DNA from: Strigamia acuminata
Lineage: Eukaryota
Length of the DNA: 64,000 nucleotides
Direction of reading: 5' to 3'
NCBI GenBank assembly: GCA_949358305.1
Contig: OX442314.1
Location: 27,032,001-27,096,000, forward strand
The notes under the pieces were generated by a model. It had not been told where the DNA came from and did no database searches. It saw nothing but the letters and a program-made list of their open reading frames with translations. Below are positions 55,628-64,000 of the stretch, piece after piece. A program made the position numbers and the translations under genes. The stretch's first letter is position 1. Each line of letters opens with the position of its first letter.

Positions 55628-56705
55628 TGTGTGGTGACCTCAAATATTCCTAGTTGAGTGCGCACCATATTTCCAAATTGTCTTATAAACATATTCAACA
55701 AGCTTATATGTTTTGTTTCAATGTAAATTGAAATAAAACATACATTAATAAAATATAAAACAAGACACAATATTACCCAAATAATATTGTGTTTTGCAGC
55801 AAGTTTTGGCCCAGCAACAGCGTCAACCAATCGCGCTGCAGCGTGCATTGCTTTGATGATGCTGCTAGGCGTGTGCCTGGGCGGAGCATCCCTTCCCCTC
55901 GCGCGTGCCCGGCTCAATTGTTGCACACGACCCAAAGGCGGCCGTGTGTGATCTTTGTGCAACTCGTCATCTGCGCAGCTTTTCTGAGCAGATTTAGAAG
56001 TGAGCCAAACGGTTTTGGCCCACTCTTCCCGCATTCTTGATTCTGCTTCCAAACCATTCACATCTGTGTCAAACTTATGCCAACCATTGCTAAGTGTGAT
56101 CTGTGATATCTGGAAGAGTTGAGATTCATTGCTGGTCTGTACCAACTGTACAGAATAGCGCCCTTCTGTTTGAATTACTACACGTAATTTAAGCCATTTC
56201 TGTGTGTGAATTGACATTGAGCTTGCTCTGTCAATTTGAAGGCTTTGTGTCGAGTTTAACTCCGCAAAGCGAACTGTGTTAAGACGGATTGTTACGTCGA
56301 GCTTGCTCCGTAATAATCAAACCGCTGTGTGCAAGACGTGTTCTCGTGTTGAGCTTGCTCCGCGAGGATTTTGGTATATTTTAGCAACGTATTTTAGCGT
56401 CGAGTTTACTCCGCTAAAATCCCGCGCTCACACGACGCCATCGACGCCATTTTGGAGCCAACGGTCAACTGTGAGTGTCCAAGTACGAAGAGAAACCAGA
56501 TCGACCCAGTCATTACACTTATTATTTCGCATTATATTCGGGTGTATTTAAAACGATTAAAACAATCTAATTTTTCCTTTACTCTGTGTAAAATCATTCC
56601 CCTAGACAACCATTTGGCCACAGAGTAGAAGTCCTGTACGGCATCTCACCGACGATTGCTTATTAAATTTATATAATTTAATAAGTAAAAACCCGGATCG
56701 CCGCA
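55628..56705 (+). repeat. Inferred 5' LTR of element D (~1.08 kb)
   Basis: Bounded by the insertion point and the PBS; the second LTR is outside the window, so boundaries are unverified. Confidence 0.75.
56209..56420 (+). repeat. Array of five bulged stem-loops in the D LTR
   Basis: Units 56209-56236, 56242-56270, 56287-56318, 56341-56368, 56391-56420: variable complementary arms around TY-GAG(CTTG/TTTA/TTTAA)CTC. Confidence 0.85.
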
Positions 56706-56707
56706 CT

Positions 56708-56725
56708 TGGGGGCCCGTCCGGGAT
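56708..56725 (+). promoter_or_regulatory. Primer binding site of D, tRNA-Pro type
   Basis: TGGGGGCCCGTCCGGGAT, one mismatch from the classical tRNA-Pro PBS TGGGGGCTCGTCCGGGAT. Confidence 0.85.
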
Positions 56726-56797
56726 TGTTTTGATTGTTAAAATCCGATTTTTGCGAAAAAATCCTTTATTTCCATTGTTCTTTTTCAATTTGACAAA

Positions 56798-59692
56798 ATG
56801 GCGACGCCAATGCAAATTGTAAAACGACAGCGAGGTCGACCAAGCACTCAGAAACGAGCAGCGACGGTTTTGCCGGCTCTCGAGCCTGAAATGCTTGAGG
56901 AGAAAATTATTTCCGAGGAAATAACACCAGTTCCAGATCCGAAACAACTTAAGGATGCTGAAAATGAAGTTGCTAGAGCATTAAGCGCTTCAAGTGCGAG
57001 TTCTAACGACCAAGAACTCCCGCCACTTCCACTGGAGGAAGTGGAAAATACGTTACGTGAAATGGAAAGTGAATCGTCTCACGAATCACCTCCTCGCATG
57101 ACCATGTTGGATGCTTTGAGAAATCAAGCACGCCAGGATGGCGCCCAAATAACGGACGACATGACGGTGGAAGAGATTCATCGCGCCATGATACGACTTC
57201 ACACTGATCGTGCCGTTTCAAATTTACAATTTGAAATGGAACGAAAAGAAGCTGAGCTTCAACAACAAAAAGCGGAGGTTGAGCTCCAACACATGGAACT
57301 CAATCGACAAAATGAGGAATTTCTAGCCCAAAAAGCTAGAGAATACAGATTAAAAGGTGAAGTGGAAGATCTTTCTAAAATGAATACTAGGAATGAACTT
57401 TCAATTCGCTCACACCAAGAGGCGCGAAGACAGCTCGAGCTTACCAAAAGTAAGCTGGAGCAGAAAAATAAAGAACTGATTGATTTGGCAGACCACTACC
57501 AACGCAATCATAATCAACTAGTGAGATATGCTGCTGAATTAGACACACGTGCTAAAACAGAGCGTACTCGCGAAAGCAAAATAGCTAAGCGCGAAGATGA
57601 GATTTTCCACTCGCTGGATCAACCCAGTACGAGCGGACAAGTCAAGTCTAGCGGCCCTGCTAAGCGATTACAACCAGAAGAATCGCAAAATCAAATAAAT
57701 GAGAATGAAATTCTCCGAGCTGATTTGTTGCGCGCTCAAGAAGAGCTTGCAGAAATGAAAGATCGTTTGCAAGCAAGGAATTATACTGACCAATTGGTGC
57801 AACCAGAAATGGCTGCGCCAACTGTCCCTATTTTGACTCCCGAAACAATAACAATTTCCGTTGTTTCAGAGTTAAGTAGCCAATCTGGATTATCGAGTGA
57901 TGACGACCAACGTTCGCGTCGCCGCCATCGCTCAAAAAGAAAACGTCCTTCAGATTCCGAGGAACGGAGAGCTGATCGCAATCCGCTCCCAGGTAATCGA
58001 AATCCTATTTTTCACAACAGTGACCGACTGTTGGGAATGGTAGATGATCGAAATAGGCGGCATGAAACTGGTATTCATGTTACTCGAACGATACCACTGG
58101 CTCAACAGCAAGACTCGTCGAAAAGAAGTCGACGAGACACGAATCCAGCACGCGAACCACCCGACGGACATGAAAGCCCGCCAGGTGGGGGTCAGTATAG
58201 AAGAAATCCACCAGATGGAGGAAATTCAGATGGACATGGAGATGGACCACCTGGAGGTGGACGTCGACCGCCAGACGATGACGGCGACCCACCCGACCCA
58301 CCTGAAACACCACATTTTAACACGCCTTCAAATTCACAATCTGATTCAAGGTCGGATTCTGATGTGAATGCGCAACAAGAACGCGATAATCGACATCGAT
58401 CTCATCGACGTCGACATCGAGGCCATTCTTCTCGGCGTAATACTCATTATTAGACTGCTGAAGAAATTGATCGATTATTAGCTGATCGTCGATCTTCCGA
58501 TCGATCTGACGCTACTGCCGATAATGCTGACATCGCATTACGACAGAAAATTGCCCAATATACTGCAATCAACTGGACACACGATCTAGTTGACGAAAGA
58601 ACTATTAGATGGGATCACATCAAACCCGCTTTATTCGATGGGGAATGGGAAGCTGGATCCACTCTTTTAGATGAAGTTTTACGAATTTCAAGGTTGAATG
58701 GCATTGCATGTCACACTGCTTTGAAAAGAGTAGTACCAAAAGCTCTTATAGACCGAGCTGAGAAATGGTTTTATTCAAAACAATTTCAAAATTGGAATCA
58801 CTTTGTAGAAGAATTCATGACTGAGTATGGAGAGTCAAGTGAAGACTTATTACAAATGTGGGATAATCTTTCTCAAAATAAAGGCGAAAGTCTTCGCTCT
58901 TATTTAAGAAGGACTGAGGATTTATTGGTCACTCTCCCTTATACGACGGGAGATGCAGCCATTGATCGTCAATTCCGACGTGGATTGACAGATTATTCAA
59001 AAAATGTTCTACTTTCAGTACGAGCACCTTATCCGGGTGGTTTCGCTGAATTAGCCAAATTTATGCGAGCCAATCAAATAAGGATTGACGAAAATTATAA
59101 AGCTTATCTACCAGCTGATGAAAAAGTTGCGTACGCTAAGCGACAGCAACGGAGAAAGGAATTAGCTAAAGATACACGTTTTGCTAATACCCCTCTTTTG
59201 CAACCCCCAAAACGAGGAGATTTTTTGGCAGAGACTGCTAAAGAATCAAAAAAGGGATCGGATGGAAAAAATCCTCATCCAACCCCTAAAGCTCACTTAG
59301 CCGAAGTGACAGAAATGGAAACTGCTTCTGAACCAGAGAAATCTGACTCGGAACCAGAAAGTGAAGCTGCAGCTGCTTTATTAGCCCGTAATAACGCAGT
59401 AGCTCGAAAATTTGGACCAAAGATGGCACCTAAAAACGTTACTTTTGGTTCACCAAAGACAGACGCGCTCAGTAGATCGAAGTCGCCGACCCCTAAAAAG
59501 GACGAAGCCAAACGTTCAAGTTCGCCTTCGCCAAAAGTCGCAAAATCGCCTGCTACTGACCCGTGTAATATTTGTAAGAAATTGGGACATTGGGCTAAAG
59601 AATGTCCTGACAGAAAATCGAGCAAAGACAAGATTATAGAAGAGTTCGAGAAATCGATGAAATCAATCGGCGAACTTCTAAAAAACTTGTAA
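56798..59692 (+). CDS. gag: Element D Gag (964 codons) with one in-frame TAG at 58451-58453
   Basis: ORFs 56798-58453 and 58694-59692 share a frame and the gap is open; PALFDG, AEKWF, CCHC knuckle CNICKKLGHWAKEC. Confidence 0.85.
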
Positions 59693-62600
59693 GCGCGCAT
59701 CCAGACGGTCTAGTGGATGCGACGCCTACCGCCTCGGAAAACGAACTAACACCATCTCAAATTTTAGATGAATTTTTAAATAAACAGATTAAATTAGAAT
59801 TAGAAAATAATTTAATATTTCCAAAAATTGATATTTCCAGTTTAAGGCTTGTGCTAAAAAATGAAAACATCACTGAGGAATTTTTTAAAGAAAAAGTTCA
59901 ACAAATAAAAGTTGATTGGGAATCTAAAATAAAAGATGCTGTTACTTTACTAGATGGAAAAGCTAGGCCCACACCTGAAATCACTGAAGGATCAGATAAA
60001 ATTGATTTACCTGGTCTTGATGAATGTATTGAAAAATTACTGGCTACAACATTAGTCACTAATGATTTATTGGACGAATTACCATTGGATCCGCCGATAG
60101 AAATTAAGCCACCGCGACGTTTTAAATGCAAGTACGCGGACATACCAAACAGCAATGATTTGCCGACGATTCGATTGCAGACGGCAAACGGTATGATAAC
60201 AGGGATGTTAGACTCTGGAGCTAATCGAAGCTTCATGGCCTACTCCGTAGTAATTTCACTGAAGATGGAAGACGAAATTCGACCAATTGGACCGGATGTG
60301 AGAGTTACGACTGCTTCAGAAGATGTAGTCCCTGAAGGAACTCTCCTACTTTCTTTTGCGTGGACTCACGGGATGTTAAGTCATCCATTCATAATTTTAA
60401 GAAATAAATATCCTATTGTTTTATTAGGATGTGATTTTATGAATCGACTCAACATACAACCAAATCCTAAGACAATGTCTTGGAATTTTGTCAAGTCTTT
60501 GAAAGAAGATTTACCTTTTGTTCCTCAAGCGATTCTTGATCGTTATCAAGAGTTTCTTGATCCACCCGAAGAAATCATGAAACGCGACTTTATTAAAGCA
60601 AATCACATGAAAGCTGGTTCCGCCACTGCATGTCAAGCTAAAGTTGCCGATGAAGAAAACATAGTACAAAGACTTGTTAGCGACGCTAATTTGTCAATGG
60701 AAAATAGTTTAATGCTTGAAAAAGTATTAAAGAAACATGAAAAGATTTTATCACGCCGACCAGGTAGAACACACCTCGTTAGGCATGAAATTAAACTGGA
60801 CACTAAAGTTCCAATTAGAGTTCCGTTTAAAAGCGTAAATCCACAGAAACGTGAAATTATCCGTCAAATCTGTCAAGATATGTTGGATAATGGGTACGTC
60901 GAACAAGCCACTGGAGACTATGGAATGCGAATAGTTCTAGTGATGCGTCCGGACTGTGATCCGAGACTATGCATTGATTTTAGACCACTCAATGCACATA
61001 CATTATACGATCCTCCTCAAATGCCGAGCATTGAGGAAATCTTGCGAGAACTCGGAAGGTTTGAATGGGTCACAACAATAGATTTGTCAAAAGGCTATTG
61101 GCAAATAGAGGTTCATCCGAACGACCGTGCTAAAACTGCGTTTTGGAGCCCTTTGAGTCGACTACAATTTCGAGTCATGCCCTTTGGTCTCGTAAATGCG
61201 CCGTCAACTTTCCAAAAGTTGATAGAAAAGATTTTGGGGGACGCCTATCGAAAATTCGCATGGGCATATCTCGATGATATAATTATAATATCAAAAAATT
61301 TTGAAGAACACATGATGCATCTGGAAGAAATTCTGAGTAAACTTGAAAATGCAAATCTTCATGTTCATCCAGAAAAATCAAAATTTGGCAGAAAAGAATT
61401 AACTTTTCTTGGTTACAAGTTAAGTGTTCAAGGAGTTAGTGTCGACCCTAAAAAAGTCGCCGCCATTAAAGAAATGCCAGCTCCTTCAAATTTGAAAGAG
61501 TTGCAAAGATTTTTGGGAATGGTGAACTTTTTTCACAGATTACTCAAGAATCTAGCAGTCATGACAGAACCTCTACGTCCTTTACTCAAAAAGGATGTGG
61601 AATTTATTTGGTCAGAAATTCATCAAGAAGCTTTTGATCAAATAAAAGATGCTTTGACGAATGCAGAAACAATGGCCATGCCTGATTTGACAGAACCATT
61701 TATTGTGCATACCGACGCCAGCAGAAAAGGACTTGGCGCCGCGCTTATGCAAATGAGGGAAATCGATGATCAAAATATAGAAGTGCCTTGTGTTTATGCC
61801 AGCAGAAGTTTGCAACCTGCTGAGATAAATTACAGCGCCACAGAATTGGAGTGCCTAGCGGTAATCTGGGCATTACGTAAATTTCGACATTACTTGGAAT
61901 TTACAACATTCATAGTAAGGACTGACCATCAAGCACTAAAATGGTTGATGCAGTTAGACGAACCTGCCGGAAGGTTAGCGCGTTGGCAAATGGAGCTAAT
62001 GCGCTACTCTTTCGAAATACAATATATTAAAGGTCCACTAAATGTTTTAGCGGATGCTTTATCCAGATCACCGATTGATAAACCGGAAAATCCTGAAGAT
62101 GATGGAGATAATGATGAATTATTATCTTACTGTCCATCACCACAACGAAATTGGAAAATGGGAAAATTTCATGAGCTTCCTGTCTCCACGCTGGAGGAAA
62201 AGGAAGATCACGAATTCGTCAACTATTGGACTAAAATTTATGACCCCTCTGAGGAATCAGATGACGTCATAAGAGCGCAAATTTCAAGGAAATTCCAAGT
62301 TCCTTCGTCAAATGTTTTAATAAAAGCATTTGTCGCCAAAATTGTAGAGCGTCTTGATTGTGAACCCCCCACAAGGGAAGACATAATCAAGGCCCAAAAA
62401 GAAGATAAAGTTTGCCAATTGATGCGTAATTTTTTAAATTGTAATCAATTTCCGCCTGACGTCACAACGCGACTCCAGAGGAAACAATATAGAAAACACG
62501 CAACCACCTTCTTAATTGAAGATGACTTATTAATGCAATTTCATCCCACAATGTCTGATGAATTGGGGGAGGATGGGAGAGCACTCAAAGTTTTTGTACC

Positions 62601-64000
62601 TCAGACATTGAAGTATAAAATTATTTGGCTAATGCATGGCCACCCACTTTCTGGCCACCCAGGAATTGCAAGGACTCTTTATCGAGCACGCCGAATTTAT
62701 ACCTGGAAAGGCATGAAATCGGACATTACGAGATTCATTCGACATTGTGAGCGTTGCCAAGCTTGCAAACCTCGAACGAAAGGACAAATTGAAGCAGCGC
62801 AAATGGGTCCTTACAGCCCATTTGACTGCCTAAGTGTTGATTTGACCGGCCCGAAACCTCGGACGCGCAAAAACAACACACATATTTTAGTCATACTTGA
62901 CGTGGCAACTCATTGGCCAGAATTATATCCAATGTGTAACCCCACTGCTGGAAAAGTAGCAAATTGCATTTATCACCTTTCCATGAGCATGGGATTCCCT
63001 CGTAAAATTATTTCTGACAACGGCCCGCAATTTCGTGCCCAAGTCTTTAAAAAATTTTGTGAAAAGTTCAAGATGGTTCCAACACCAACTTCAACGTATC
63101 ACCCACAAGCTAACCCGGTTGAAAGGGTTAACCGTGACATCAAATATTTGGTTGCAATTTATTCATCGGTTCATTCCAAATGGGACGAATATTTGCGTGA
63201 ATTTGCATTTAGTTTGAGAACTACGGTGACGAGAGGAAGAGACTTCTCTCCCGCATTTCTTAACTTTTTTCGCGAACTCAGAGTACCTTGGGATCCAAGA
63301 ATACCTGAAGGAATTTTGGTCGTAGATCCAAAAAACCCACATTTATACGTGCAAAAATTAGAAGCCGTTATCGCCGAAACATATCAGCACATGATGTCAC
63401 ACGTGTTAGATTTGCGTAGACGAGTTAATCTTAAAAAAGAAGGTGAGAAGTTCTCCAATTTTAAATTAAACGATTTAGTTTGGAGAGATTCTCATGTTTT
63501 GTCGAGCGCTGCCCGCGGCATTGCAGCTGGCATCGCTGATAAAAGAACAGGACCATATGTAATAACCAAAGTATTACAGGGAGGATCCGTAGAATTGAGA
63601 AAGCTAGAAAATAACGAAATATTTCCAGCTGTCCATTCGTCTGAATTAACTCCGTATTTCCCGAGTTTCGATCAGGAAGTATGGTTAGAAGGCGAAGAAG
63701 TCGGTCAAAAGACTGAAAATATAATTAATACGTTAGATGACGATGAATTAAAGAAAATACCTGTCGATAATTCATCCAAACCACAAATGGAGTCAGACCT
63801 CGTGAATAACGACGTTGAACTTCGTGACAATTTCAAAAAGCTTGAAATTGCTAAAAAATTAAATAAAAAGGTGTTTTTAGAAAAGAAACAAAAAACATCT
63901 GAAATAAAAGACTCATCTGACTCAGTCTCCGATGACAATGAAGACGGCGATTTAAATACAATAAATCCCTCGCCGACAAAGAGATATAATCTTCGGACTC
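59680..64000 (+). CDS. pol: Element D Pol (PR-RT-RNaseH-IN), open to the window end and absent from the ORF track
   Basis: Frame +1: MLDSGA ~60205, YLDD ~61267, HTDAS ~61708, HGHPLSGH..CERC, SDNGPQF, NPVER, GPY; begins at slippery A-AAA-AAC 59680-59686. Confidence 0.92.

Larger units (their letters stand above)
55628..64000 (+). mobile_element. Ty3/gypsy LTR retrotransposon D (runs off the window)
   Basis: P450 exon 4 homology stops at ~55627; TG start (55628 or 55630); LTR ends CGCCGCA at 56705; PBS; gag; pol. Confidence 0.92.

Noticed and set aside
55507..56217. 236-aa minus-strand ORF
   Set aside because: Spans the LTR/P450 junction and has no recognisable motifs.

Overview
Eukaryotic (probably invertebrate) genomic DNA containing two tandem CYP2-clan cytochrome P450 genes on the minus strand. 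Gene 1 (591-9261, 8 exons, ~484 aa) looks intact; its introns hold several MITEs, a Tc1 remnant and a decayed MULE-like/RING fragment, and a truncated hAT element lies upstream. Gene 2 is interrupted twice in coding exons by Ty3/gypsy LTR retrotransposons. A 41.9-kb nest of three ~13.96-kb elements sits in its last exon (A 12140-54042, containing B 17156-31125 and C 39133-53097; 4-bp TSDs, near-identical LTR pairs, tRNA-Gln PBS). A fourth element D (tRNA-Pro PBS, + strand) starts at ~55628 in exon 4 and runs off the window. Two features stand out. (i) A, B and C carry, in the env position and behind a candidate splice acceptor, a conserved ~550-aa ORF with no signal peptide or TM segment but with a 6-Cys/1-His domain and basic tracts. 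(ii) The LTRs of A/B and of D each contain five tandem, covarying bulged RNA hairpins; those of D closely resemble the lentiviral TAR bulge/upper stem. Together these suggest, as a hypothesis only, a Tat/TAR- or Rev/RRE-like regulatory system in a gypsy lineage. Everything was read by eye; no searches or folding programs were run.
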